Assembly (NCBI GenBank): GCA_010909165.1
Contig: MU008179.1
Span: forward strand, 1,028,710-1,092,709
Length of the DNA: 64,000 nucleotides
Source: Anthoceros angustus
Lineage: Eukaryota > Plantae > Anthocerotophyta
Direction: 5' to 3'
Of the stretch, positions 38,001-50,994 are shown in pieces. Position 1 is the first letter of the stretch; each line of letters opens with the position of its first letter. The translations under genes and the position numbers were made by a program. The notes beneath the pieces are model-generated. The model was given only the letters and a program-made list of their open reading frames with translations. It was not told the origin of the DNA and ran no database searches.

Positions 38001-39340
38001 AGAACCTATCTCATGAATCGATTGCCTACATCAGTAGTCAAGGTATGACTCCATATGAAGCATTCATTGGCAAGAAGCCTTCTATTGACCACCTTCAATT
38101 TTTGGATCCCTGCATATGTTTTTATTCCCAAAGCATTGCGTGAAGTTGGATCCCAAAGCCTAAGTACACTTTTCATTGGCTACACGAAGGTATCAAAGGT
38201 ACAAATTGTTCAACCCTTCTACAAGGCAACTTTTATACGAGTGTTACTTTTCATGAGTCTTACCTCTTTTCCCCACGTGGGAGCTGATAGGCTTGGTCCT
38301 CCTCTTGATGAGACCATTGACCCTTCTTATTTTGATGATCTGATTATTTCACTCCATTTCCCATTCCTCGCTTCGTGTTCCTTTAGTTGAACCTATTATG
38401 CGGAGGAGGAGGAGTTAGCATCTATTCCACAACCAACGCACTGATGTTGACATCCCACAGAGGCGCTTGACACTCATGATGATGAGTTTGATGACCGGAG
38501 GATGACATTGTGGAGCCAGCAGATCCTGCTTGATCCCGCCTGGATGATGCACTGCACAAAGGTACAACCTTAGATCCCGACCTACTATCTCAGTCCCGCA
38601 GTTGGAAGGAACCTCCTTTAGGATACCTAGCTGTTTTGATGATCCTATACCCCTATATCACTTTATTCTCAAGCTGTCTACAAGGCAACTATAGACCCAA
38701 GAACCTCTTACCTTAAAACAAGCTTTCTCTTCTCACGAAAAAGACTTATGGAAGGTGAGATTCGAATATAATTCCCTAGTTAATAACTCTACATGGAATT
38801 GGTCAAACCACCTAGGGGTAGGAAGATAGTAACCAGCAAATGGGTATTCAAAATTAAAAGAAAAGGAGATGGTTCTATAGAAAGGTATAAGGCACGCCTA
38901 GTAGCCGAGGTTTTACACAAATTCTCGGTCTAGATTACATACCTTGGGCCACTTATGCCCCAAGAGCCAAATTTGCCACACTCAATGATATTTGCCTTAT
39001 GTGCCCAACATGATCTTGAACTCCACATGATGGATGTTAAGACAAAGATATTTGTATGGGCCGCAAGAGGAAATATACATGAGACAACCCGAGGGTTACG
39101 AAGTTAAGGGCAAAGAAGATTGGGTATGCCGACTCATCAAAGGTTTGTATGGCCTTAAGCAGTCAAGCAAGAATTGGAACTTAACCATACATGTACAAAT
39201 TATTGGGAGAGGATTTAAGCAAAGCCAGGGTGATGCTTGTATGTACATCCTAATATCTGGCAATGATATATTTTATCTTCTACTTTATGTTGATGATGTT
39301 TTTATGGCAACAAACTCTCTTACTCTCCTAGCCGAAACTA
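35037..39340 (+). mobile_element. Copia-4: relative of Copia-1, 3'-truncated within RT
   Basis: LTR 35037-35258 (TGATAA...TCATCA) resembles the Copia-1 LTR; PBS 35259-35269; CNWCRIPNHMEKDC, LWHCRLGHP, YLLLYVDDVF. Confidence 0.93.
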
Positions 39341-39344
39341 AACC

Positions 39345-42300
39345 ACAAGGGAGGTGGGCCCCGGAGTATCTCCGGAGCAGCTTTGGAGGAGAAAGTCTGA
39401 AGGAGAAAGTTCGAAAAAGCAAGTCCGAAGGACAAAAATCGGAGAAGAAGGTCAGGAGGAGGAACCCTGGGTGGTCCGACGGCGTGGAGCATAATTTTGG
39501 AAGGGTGACACGTGACAAGGGTCGTGATGCAACGCCAAAACCTGTGATTGTCGCACGGCGGTGAGTCACGACCCAAGGACATGCGCCAAGAAGGTAGCAG
39601 GCGTGAAGCTACGGAACAAGATGTAGAGAGGTGGCAGTTACCGGCAATGAAAGGACATCTTCCCGCGCGACGATTATGCCCGCCGCATTATAGCTGAGAC
39701 AAAACCCCTCCAGACATGACGCCTGCGCTTCCCGCCTCACGCTAACACCCAGCCTTTGGCTCTTTCTTCCACAAATTTTAAGCACAAGATCTTGGAGGAC
39801 TCGATCGCCCTCGGCGCACTTTCCCCTGAGTCTAAGTTGCATTGAGGCCGTGACTATTCTAGCAAAGAAGAGCAAAAAGGAGGCATGGCTCCCAAGAAGG
39901 CGGTGGAGGTTTGGAGCCCTAGACTGGTAGAGAAAAACATCACCACCAAGCACTACCCCGATCTTTGCCCCTAGCTAGAGGAGGCGAAGTAGCCTGCCCA
40001 AGGGCGGCACTTGACATGTTCCAGCGGTCCGGACGTATGATAGCATGGCCTCGTCCGCAAGAAGTTCAAGATGCCGGCAAAGAAGAAACAAGTCCGTCTG
40101 ATTGAAGAGCCTAAGAGAGACCCTAGGCATTGATGTTGAGGCCCTTTGGCTGTACAAAACCTCGTGAGGAGGTTGGAGGGGTGGTGCCGGAGCCCCTGAA
40201 GAGGAAACGGAAGTTGGAAGCGACGAGGGCCGCACTCTTGAAGCATGGCGCCAAAAGATCCCCCAACGGGTGGTTGATGTCGGACCTGAAGGACCGACGA
40301 GTGAAAGCAGTGGCCAAGATCATTGTCCACTGGAACATGCTCACCAAAGTGGACCACTTGGGGGACAACATGTTGATGCTCCTATGTGCCCTCATGAGGG
40401 GCAAGCGGGCGGACTAGGGGCGAATGATCTTCGCCCGGATAGCACAGGAGGCTACGCACGTAAGCTGCGCAACGAGCGGCCCCCTCCATCGGCACTGTCC
40501 CCTTTCATCTTGCATGTTTGGGAACACCATAACCTCCTGAAGGAGGAGGAGGAGGAGCGGCCCACAGAGGCCGCCACCAAGTAAAATTGTAGGGAGATGA
40601 GGAGGAGCATAACCCGTATAATAAAAGCCGGCCACGGAGCCCAAGACCGAGTGCACGAGGAGAGGAGGATTGAGGCATCCCAATGCCATCCGCTTGGAGA
40701 GGACCCCCTCTCCTCCAAGGGAAATTTGGGAAGACATCCCCGCATCCTCTTATCGGGTGATGGCACTAGAGGAGCAAGCCATCCTTCTCGGGCTCTGACC
40801 TTACCTACGCTAATTGGACACCAGACATTAACAACCCCCACGCCTGCCCGGGCCGGATCACCTTTATTATCCACGCTTATCCCTTATTTTTCACACAATC
40901 CTCAAAAAAAAAAAATGAAAACCCCATCCGAAGAGAGTCAAGGCGCCCCTTGTCCACAACTACATTCCAATTAGAAAATCCTATGAAAACCCCAAAAAAA
41001 CGAGGAGCCGTGATTATTTAAAAGAAAACTAAACATATTTGGGCATTTGGCTACATGTGTCCCACCATGCTAGATTACTCATCCCAGATCGGAGAGCATA
41101 TAGTTGGACAAGTCGGGAGGTAGTAGTAGGAGTAGATAGGTAAGAGAGCATAGCGATAAGTCCCGATTTAGGCGGTGATTTCATAGAAGTTAGCTCTCTT
41201 GGCACAAACCATTCCCTTTGGGAGCGAATCCTAGCCTACAACGACATTGAGGGTGAATGTGGATCTCATGGTGTTCTAGACACAAGTTCACACTCCACAA
41301 GACTTCTCCTCCTCGATTCTCGCGAGGGTCTCCGCCTTCTCTGGCTGGGCCGCCTCCACCGGCCCCTGAGCAAAGACCATCCGGCTCCCTGGCTCCCACT
41401 TGGGTCTTCTGCTCCAGAGACCCCAGAGCATACCGTCCATGACGGCTAGAACTCTGCCTCCTCCACGGCCACCACTAGAGAGGCGCACCGCAATGAAAGG
41501 ACATCTTCCCGCGCGACGATTATGCCCGCCGCATTATAGCTGAGACAAAACCCCTCCAGACATGACGTCTTGGCAGTTCTCTCAGTCTCTCACGCTTCAA
41601 CACCCAGCCCTTTGGCTCTCTTTCTTCCACAGCTTAAGCACAGCATCTTGGAGGACTCGCATCGTCTCGGCGCACTTTCCCCCTCGGAGTCTAAGGGCGC
41701 GGCAAGTTGCATTGAGGCCGTGACTATTCTAGCAGCAAGACGAGCAAAAAGGAGGCATGGCTCCCAAGAAGGCGGTGGAGGTTTTGGAGCCCTAGACGCT
41801 GGTAGAGAAAAACATCACCACCAAGCACTACCCCGATCTTTGCCCCTAGCTAGAGGAGGCGGGCGAGCTCGTCCAAGGGCGGCACTTGGACATGTTCCAG
41901 GCGGTCTGGACGTATGATAGCATGGCCTCGTCCGCAAGACGCCCAAGATGCCGGGCAAAGAGAAACAAGTCCGTCCGATTGAAGAGCCTAAGAGAGGACC
42001 CTAGGCATTGATGTGAGGCCCTTTGCTGTGTACAACTGCCTCATGGAGGAGGTTGAGGGTGGTGCAGCCCTCAAGAGGAAACGGAAGTTGAAGCGACGAG
42101 GGCCGCACTTTGAAGCATGGCGCCAAAAGATCCCCCAACGGGGTTGATGTGACCAAGGACCGTGGAAAAAGAAAGCAAGTACAAGATCATTGTCCACCGG
42201 AACATGCTCACCAAAGTGGACCACTTGGGGACAACATGTTGATGCTCCTATGTGCCCTCATGAGGGGCAAGCGGGCGGACTAGGGGCGAATGATCTTCGC

Positions 42301-45300
42301 CCGATAGCATGTGAGGCTACACGAAGTCAGCAAACGGCCCCTCCATCCACCGCCCCTTTCATCTTGCATGTTTGGGAACACCATAACCTCCTGAAGGAGG
42401 AGGAGGAGGAGCGTGCGCTCCGCTGTAGGCTGGCCACCCCGCAAATTGTAGGGAGATGAGGAGGAGCATAACCCAGATAACAGGCCGGCCACGGAGCCCA
42501 AGACTGAGTGCACGCAGGAGGAGGAGGATTGGGAGGGCATCCCGAATGCCATCCGCTTGGAGAGGACCCCCTCTCCTCCAAGGGAAATTTGGGAAGACAT
42601 CCCCGCATCCCTCTTACTGGTGATGGCACTAGAGGAGCAAGCCATCCTTCTGGGCTCCCGACCTTACTACGCTAATTGACACCAGACATTAACAACATGC
42701 CCGGGCCGGATCACCCTTTATTATCCACGCTTATCCCTTATTTTTCACACAATCCTCAAAAAAAATGAAAACCCCATCCGAAGAGAGTCAAGGCGTCCCT
42801 TGTCCACAACTACATTCCTTAGAAAATCCTATGAAAACCCCAAAAAACGAGGAGTATTATTTCAAAAGAAAACTAAACATATTTGGGCATACTACAAAGT
42901 CCCACCATGCTAGAGACTATCCCATCGGAGAGCATATAGTTGGACAAGTCGGGAGGTAGTAGTAGGGAGTAGATAGGTAAGAGGAGTAATAGCAATAAGT
43001 CCCGATTTAGGCGGGTCAAGATTTAATAATTCTCTTGGCACAAACCATTCCCTTTGGGAGCGAATTAGGCCTACAACGACATTGAGGGTGAATGTGGATC
43101 TCATGGTGTTCTAGACACAAGTTCACACTCCACAAGATTCTCCTCCTCGATGCGAGGGTCTCCGCCTCTGCTTCCACCGGCCCCTGAGCATCCGGCTCCC
43201 GGTGGCCTCCACTTGGGTCTTCTCCGCTCAGAGACCCTTGCATACCGTCCATGACTCACTAGAACCTGCCTCCTCCACGCCACCACTAGAGAGGCACCTA
43301 GAAGTCCGTCAAGGCGGCATCTCTTGTCCGTTAAGAACCGCATAGCACTGAGGAGGCTTGACTGGATCTCCTGACCTACGCTAATTGGACACCACATTAA
43401 CAACCCCCACTGCTCGGCCGGATCACCTTTATTATCCACGCTTATCCCTTATTTTTCACACAATCCTCAAAAAAAATGAAAACCCCATCCGAAGAGAGTC
43501 AAGGCGTCTGCCCCTTGTCCACAACTACATTCCAATTAGAAAATCCTATGAAAACCCCAAAAAACGAGGAGCCGGGATTAAAAAGAAAACTAAACATATT
43601 TGGGCATATTGGCTAGCGTGTCCCACCATGCTAGATTACTCATCCCAGATCGGAGAGCATATAGTTGGACAAGTCGGGAGGTAGTAGTAGGAGTAGATAG
43701 GTAAGAGAGCATAGCGATAAGTCCCGATTTAGGCGGTGATTTCATAGAAGTTAGCTCTCTTGGCACAAACCATTCCCTTTGGGAGCGAATCCTAGCCTAC
43801 AACGACATTGAGGGTGAATGTGGATCTCATGGTGTTCTAGACACAAGTTCACACTCCACAAGACTTCTCCTCCTCGATTCTCGCGAGGGTCTCCGCCTTC
43901 TCTGGCTGGGCCGCCTCCACCGGCCCCTGAGCAAAGACCATCCGGCTCCCTGGCTCCCCACTTGGGTCTTCTGCTCCAGAGACCCCAGAGCATACCGTCC
44001 ATGACGGCTAGAACTCTGCCTCCTCCACGGCCACCACTAGAGAGGCACCTAGGTCCGGGCGCTGCATCTCTTGGTCCGTTAAGAACTGCCATCATAGCTT
44101 CTGAGGAGGCATCATCTCCTGACCCAATCAGACCTCGTTCCGGTGTTCTGTCCTGACCTTCCACCTCCTGGCCCTCTTTGGCTACTAATCTCTTCTCCGT
44201 CCGCCTCTCTGGGGCTTGGAGGTGGTGAGGGGGTCCTCGAGTCGGCCTCTTACCTCTCCCGGGGTTGGGGACAGACGCCTGGTGGGGGTGCGTGGCCTCG
44301 CTCCTTGGGCTCCTGACCTACGCTAATTGGACACCACATTAACAACCCCCACTGCTCGGCCGGATCACCTTTATTATCCACGCTTATCCCTTATTTTTCA
44401 CACAATCCTCAAAAAAAAAAAAATGAAAAACCCCCATCCGAAAGAGAGTCAAGGCGTCCGTCCCTTGTCCACAACTACATTCCAATTAGAAAAATCCCAT
44501 GAAAAAACCCCCCAAAAAAAACGAGGGAGCCGTATTATTTCTGAAAAGAAAAAACTAAACATATTTGGGCATACTTGGCTAGCAGGTCCCACCATGCTAG
44601 ACGACTATCCCAGATCGGAGAGCATATAGTTGGACAAGTCGGGAGGTAGTAGTAGTTGAGTAGATAGGTAAGAGGAGTAATAGCAGATAAGTCCTGACTT
44701 AGGCGAAGGTCAGTATCGATAGAAGTTAGCTTCTCTTGGCACAAACCATTCCCTTGGGAGCGAATCCTAGGCCTACAACGACATTGAGGGTGAATGTGGA
44801 TCTCATGGTGTCTCTAGACACAAGTTCACACTCCACAGCACTTCTCCTCCTCGATTCTCGCGAGGGTCTCCGCCTTCCCCGCTGGGCCGCCCACCGCCCC
44901 TGAGCACCCATCCGCTCCCGGTGGCCTCCACTTGGGTCTTCTCCGCTCAGAGACCTGAGCATACCGGCCCACGACGGTTAGAACGCCTGCTCCTCCACGG
45001 CCACCACTAGAGAGGCACCTAGAAGTCCGTGTGGGCGCGGGCATCTCTTGTCCGTTAAGAACCGCCATCGCACTGAGGAGTTTGACCGATCTCGACCCAA
45101 TCAGACCTCGTGTTTGAGTGTTCGTCCTGACCTTCCACCTCCTTGGCCCTCTTGGCTACTAATCTCTTCTCCCATCCGCCTTCTCTGGGGCTTGAGGTGG
45201 TGAGGGGGTCCTGAGTCGCCCTCTACCTCTCTCCGGTGGGGATGACTGCTCGGTTGTTGCCAAGGGCCTCGCCTCCTTGGGCAACATCTCTTTTCGCTTA

Positions 45301-46256
45301 CGGCCTCCTCCGCCGCCACCCACAGCTGTGGGCCAGCCGCGCTGGTGGGGGGCTGCCTGGCCTTGGCCACTAACTCTTCTCCGTCCGCCTCTTGGGGCTT
45401 GGAGGTGGTGAGGGGGTCCTGAGCTACCTCTACCTCCCCGGTTGGGGACAGACTGGGTGGTGTTGCCAAGGGCCTCGCCTTGGGCAACATCTCTTCGCTA
45501 CGCCTCCTCCGCCTCGCCACTCCATAGCTGTGGCCAGGCTGCTGGTGGGGGGCTGCCTCTTTGGCCACCGCCTAGTCCGGGTGGGGTTCCGCGGCTTGGG
45601 CTGTGGTGGCTGACAAGGGGCGACCGCGCCTCCCTTCCTGTGACCGCCTCCTCGGCAGGGTGCCCGCTGAAGGTACTAAAAGGAGGGAGGCAAGAATATC
45701 TTCCCACACTTCCTTCTTGGCTAGGGGTCCGCCCACGATGGAGTCCGGAATTCCTCCCAATCGCCTCCTCCCCACTCATGGCCTTGAAGGTCGGGCCTCG
45801 CCTCAAGGCCTCCCTCACGCCTCCGCCTTGTGGATGACCTTCCGAGCGCCTCGCCTCCTCTCCTCCTTGGAGGTCTGTGCCCCACATGGATGAGAAACGC
45901 GATAACACCGGCGGGGGCGCTTTCCCGCCTCAACCCTCGGCCTCCCGGTTGATCTCGCAAAGATAATCCTCCTACCGGCTTTCTTTCCTCTCTCAGGGCA
46001 TGGAGGAACACTGTGAGGCTGTCACCAGGTGGTCCACCAGTGAGTATATTCCTGACGTGATTGCCACCGCCACCTCCCCGGCCCAATGTGTCGGACATCA
46101 ACCACCCGCTTGAGGACCAGCATCCCCGGCCTCAAGAGCGCCGCCCTGCTGCCCACCTTCCCCTCACCTTATGGGCCCCGGACTACGCCCACCCCTTCGG
46201 GATCGTAGACCACCAGACTCCACGGTCCACCTCGGCCTCCCGACTCTTGGAGCGGA
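39345..46256. repeat. Block D: tandemly reiterated retroelement accessory region
   Basis: 39640-41480 repeats at 41490-43370; the ~0.7-0.9 kb unit starting CCTACGCTAATTGGACACC recurs at ~40800, 42660, 43375 and 44315. Confidence 0.75.
39885..40584 (+). pseudogene. Divergent homologue of the LTR accessory protein (second copy from 41757)
   Basis: MAPKK start, KRDPRH(W), SPNGWLMSDLKD, MRGKRAD(W)GRMIF, LSPFILHVWEHHNLL align with DPRCW, KNGWKTD, G.KPDWG.IM, LSTYLVHLWE.EGLL. Confidence 0.6.
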
Positions 46257-47307
46257 TGTGGAACGTAAAAGTTTGGGCAACCAAATTCAAACCGCCAAAG
46301 GACGAACAAGTTTGATTTTTTGGCTAAGACGATTGAAGAGGAACATGCTGTGAAAACTTCTCGAGAATCTTAAAGTCGCGAGTAAGAAATTGATTAAAAG
46401 GGATATTCCAGAAGAAGAACGGGTCAAAATGACTATTTGACGAGGCGTGAGGGCAACCAAAGGTTGGTAGGTCAGCATCACCGTAGGTCGCCACACCACC
46501 GTAGGCCGAGAAAAGGAGCAGCCCACCGCGGCCGTGTATCATCATGTAGGTTGACGAGGTCTCGGCCATGAAAAAGAATTAGTATAGAGGGATATCCACT
46601 ATATATGCTCACCAATAGGGAAACATATAAATAGGACTAATTAAGGAGGAACATATTTAGAGGTAGTAATCGGGGCAGGCAGGTGGGTAATTCAGATAGG
46701 ATTAGGTATTTGAGAATGATGAACTCAATCTAGGGTTGTGAATCCTCCAGGTGGCAGTCATCCGAGAAGGGCAAAGTGTAGTTTTGGAAGCGCCAACTTC
46801 CTCTTCGAGTTGGGACGTCCACACTCCACGAAGGACTGAGACTGGAGCTGGAGCGTAAGCGCAAGAAAGGAGGAAGGCTGCCATCGCCGCGACTCGCAAC
46901 GGGAAGGAAGGCGGCGCGCGAGAAGGAGACGGACTGTATGTTCGCTGAAGGCTAGGAGGAAGCCCTAACGCTAGGCAATCGGCGAAGAAGAAAAGGAAAG
47001 GAAAAGAGGTGGAGGAGAGGCGCGCGTGAGGGCACCGGGCCGCGGAAGACACGAGGAAGGCCGACGTTGGGAGTTGAGCACCGAGGTGACGCGGTAACGA
47101 GGAAGCACTGAGACGAGTCGATTATGAGGGCGCCTTGAAGGAGGACGCGAGGAAGTAATTTGCAGCAATGAGGAGCGCCGACTTAATTAACGCATTGTGT
47201 GTCTGCCGCTACGGAGAAGGAGAAGCACTTGGGAACGAAGCCGAGGTCGTTGTCTCAAATTTGGAAGTAGTCTCTTCTACACCTTAGAACACTTGGGAGG
47301 GAACGCC

Positions 47308-50300
47308 ATGCCTCGAGGTGAAAGGGCAAGGGAAGGAACCGCCTGCCAAGGGCTCTTCCTCGCGAGGAGGAAAAGGGAAGAAGGCGGAGACTGCGCCGCC
47401 AGGAGGGGGCGAGGTCGAGATGCCCCAATTCACTTGCTTTGCTGGGCAACTTAACCCCAGGGATTTGGTTGATTTTCGGCAATGGGCGGAGGAGGAGAAC
47501 ATCCAATTGGGATGGGTGTATGGCCGCCAATGGGCCTACACCAATTTGGAGTTGATTGAGGAGTGCTTCATCAACCTCCATCAATCAGAGGCAGCCCTCG
47601 CCGCGTTACCGGAAAGAAATGCTCGGACGGATCCTCGCTGCTGGACCGTAAGGAGCATTCGTCAGGTGTATGGAAGGCCGGAGGAAGAGAGCTCCGGAAT
47701 CTCGCTTCTCGAGAGGACAACAGGAGGGAAGAGGATTGCCCTCTCAGACATTCCACAAGAAGTCCTCGACATGATGGACGGAGGGGTGAAAGCCCATGCC
47801 AAGAATGGCTGGAAGACGGATAGCATCAAGGAGTCAAGTGAGGCTCTTGCAAAATTGTGTTGGGGTTGGTAAACTATCGGACCTCTTACTTTGGCACCAA
47901 CTTCCCAACGCTTTTATGGAAGATTTCAAGGGGAGCCAAGCCGATTAGCACTATCATGTATGAGGCCTACATCCACCACCGAGAGACTCAAGCCGACCGT
48001 GGATGAGGAAGGGCCTGTGTTACCTTAGCACCTATTTGGTGCATTTGTGGGAAACCGAGGGGCTTCTCACAAGCAAGGAGTTAGAAGATGCTGGCATCCT
48101 TCGAGATAATTCATCTCCACCAAGCTTGAAAGGCCTTGCCTTTGCATTGCGGAAAGAGGAGGTCGACCTCCACAAGGAAGGAAAGGAAGCAAGAAAGATG
48201 TTGGAGTGGGAAGATTTTCCGCCACAGAGCAAGTGAGAGAAGAATCGGCCAAGGAGGCCGGTGGTGTATGAGAGGAGAACTATGGCCCAAGGGGTGGGGG
48301 AGTCCCCACCATCTCATTTGTGCCTAGTGAAGAGGCACCCACCTCACCCCTAGGGAGGCGCCTACCCAAGGGGTGGGCGCACCGGTAGTCACCACCACGG
48401 TAGGTAGGCAAACCAACCGGGGGAGCACCACCTGTAGGCAGACCCACGCCGAGGCAGCCCCATGGCGGTAGGGAAGGGAAGGAAAAGGCACGAGGCGCCG
48501 CGAGTGGCGCCAAGCCACCACCGCACTCGGAGGAGAGCGGAGGCAAGAGCCGGAGTGGGAAGATTTCAAGGGGAGCCAAGCAGAGAGAAGAGAGCTGGCC
48601 AAGAGGCCAAGTAGTTGGTTTATGAGAGGAGAACTATGGCAAGGGTGGGGGAGTCCCCACCATCTCATTTGTGCCTAGGAAGAGGCACTCACCTCACCCC
48701 TAGGGAGGCAGCCACCCAAGGCATCACTGGTAGGTAGTCACCACCACGGTAGGAAACCGACACTGGGGGAGCACCACCGGTAGGTGCACCCCACGCCGCC
48801 AGTGCAGCCCACGGTAGGTAGGGAAGAAGAAGGGAGATGACGCGAGGCGCCGCGAGTGGCGCTGGCCACCACCGCACTGGGAGGGAGATGGAGCGATGAG
48901 GGGACCTCACCCCGCCGAATGATCCGAGGAATGCAACAGAGCTGGAGATTTCCAACAAGAAGACAGGAGGGGTGGAATTAGGACCCCTAGGAGAATTGCT
49001 GGGTGCTTGTGAAGCACTCAGCCGGGTAGATTTGAAGGGGGCTAGGGAGTTAGCAGCCTCCTTGTGGGCCAGCCAGGAGGAGGTCAAAGCCCAAGACATG
49101 GCTGGGAGGAAAGCAGGGACCAAGTGGCAATTGGAGGCCATGGAGTCCGACGTGCAGCTGGAGCGCCGTAGAAAAGCTCCAAAGGGATCTTGTGGACCAA
49201 CGGCGAGCGGAGAAGGTCCTAGGAAGGAAGTTGCGGCATCGAGCGAGCCACTGCAACCCGGACAAGGAGATGTATAGGAGGAACATTTTGCCCAATTGAG
49301 CAAGAGCGAAGGGCAAGGAGTCTGGAAAGGGAAAAGGCGCGATCCAACAAGTGGACGTGACAGAGTGTGATGGCTACTCAAGCCATCAAAATCCGGGACA
49401 TGGGAGAGGAATTGAGAAGGACCCGGTATAATTTGGAGGAGGAGCGCGCGGAGCGAGAAGCACAAGACCAGCAATTGCAGGAGCTGGAGCGCGAAAAGAA
49501 TGCTTGGCAAGCGGAGAAGGAGGGGCTTGCCAACAATTAGCGGACCTGGAGCGAAGGAGGTCCCAGGAGGAGGAGCACCACAAGAAGGTGGTGCACAGGA
49601 TGCTGGTGGTGAGGAAGCGAAGATTTTGGGCTGATTATGCCCTTCAGGCGGAACTAGCCAACCAGCTGCGGGGAGTAAGGGAGGAGAATGTAACCCTCCA
49701 TGTGAAGGTGGGGGAATTAACCACCGCGAGAGATGCCTACAAGAGTAGGTGCGAAGATGGAGAGTGGCCCACGGAGATTGATGATCTCCAAATGCAATAC
49801 CATAGCTTGGGGGCTCACCTCCACAACAGAATTTTGAAGGCCAACAATGAGGTGCTGCGCTTTGGCTGTGGATTTACGAGCCTCATGGGCGAACCGCTAA
49901 GGAAGAGACTGCCGCTATCGCTACTCGAGGGAGATGGAGCGATGAGGGGACCTCACCCCGCCGTAATGATCCGAGGAATGCAACAGAGCTGGAGATTTCC
50001 AAGAAGAAGATGAGGGGTGGAATTAGGACCCCTAGGAGAATTGCCGGTGCTTGTGAAGCACACCGGTGGATTTGAAGGGGGCTAGGGAGTTAGCAGCCTC
50101 CTTGTGGGCCAGCCAAGAGGAGGTCAAAGCCCAAGACATGGCTGGTAGGAAAGCAGGGACCAAGTGGCAACTGGAGGCCATGGAGTCCATGAAAAGGCAG
50201 CCAAGTAGGGGTCAGAGAAGCTCCAGATCTTGTGGACCAAGTGGCAACTGGAGGCCATGGAGTCCGATGAAAAAGCGGCCAAGTTGGAGCGGGCCGTAGA

Positions 50301-50990
50301 AAAACTCCAAAGGGATCTTGTGGACCAACGAAGAGCGGAGAAGGTCCTAGAAGGGAGGTTGTCACATACCGAGGAGCGAGCCACTCGGGCAACCACCCAA
50401 AGGGACACATGGAGACAGAAGGCGGAGGAACATTTTGCCCAATTGGAGCAAGAGCGGAAGGGCAAAATGGAGTCATTGGAAAGGGAAAAGGCGGCGATCC
50501 AACAAGTGGACGCACAAGAGCAGGTGATGGATACTCAAGCCATCAAAATCCGGGACATGGGAGAGGAATTGAGAAGGACCCGGTATAATTTGGAGGAGGA
50601 GCATGAGCGAGAAGCACAAGCAATTGCGTGAGCCGGAGCGAAAAGAATGCTTGGCAAGCGGAGAAGGAGGGGCTTGCCCAACAATTAGCGGACTGGAGCA
50701 AAGGAGGTCCAGAGGAGGAGCACCACAAGAAGGTGGTGCATGTGATGCCGGTGGTGAGGAAGAAGATTTTGGCTGATTATGCCCTTCAAAGTGAACTAGC
50801 CAACCAAAAGGGAGTAAGGGAGGAGAATGTAACCTCCATATGAAGGTGGGGAATTAACCACGCAAGGGATGCCTACGGTAGGTGAAGATGGAGAGTGGCC
50901 CACTGAGATTGATGATCTCCAAATGCAATACCATAGCTTGGGGCTCACCTCCACAATGTAATTTTGAAGGCCAACAATGAGGTGCTGCGC
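47308..50990 (+). pseudogene. Longest form of the LTR-encoded accessory gene (second copy ~59592-62445)
   Basis: MPQFTCFAGQL...WVYGRQW...DPRCWT...KNGWKTD...YLSTYLVHLW, coiled coil, VVRKRRFWADYALQ. Confidence 0.8.
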
Positions 50991-50994
50991 TTTG

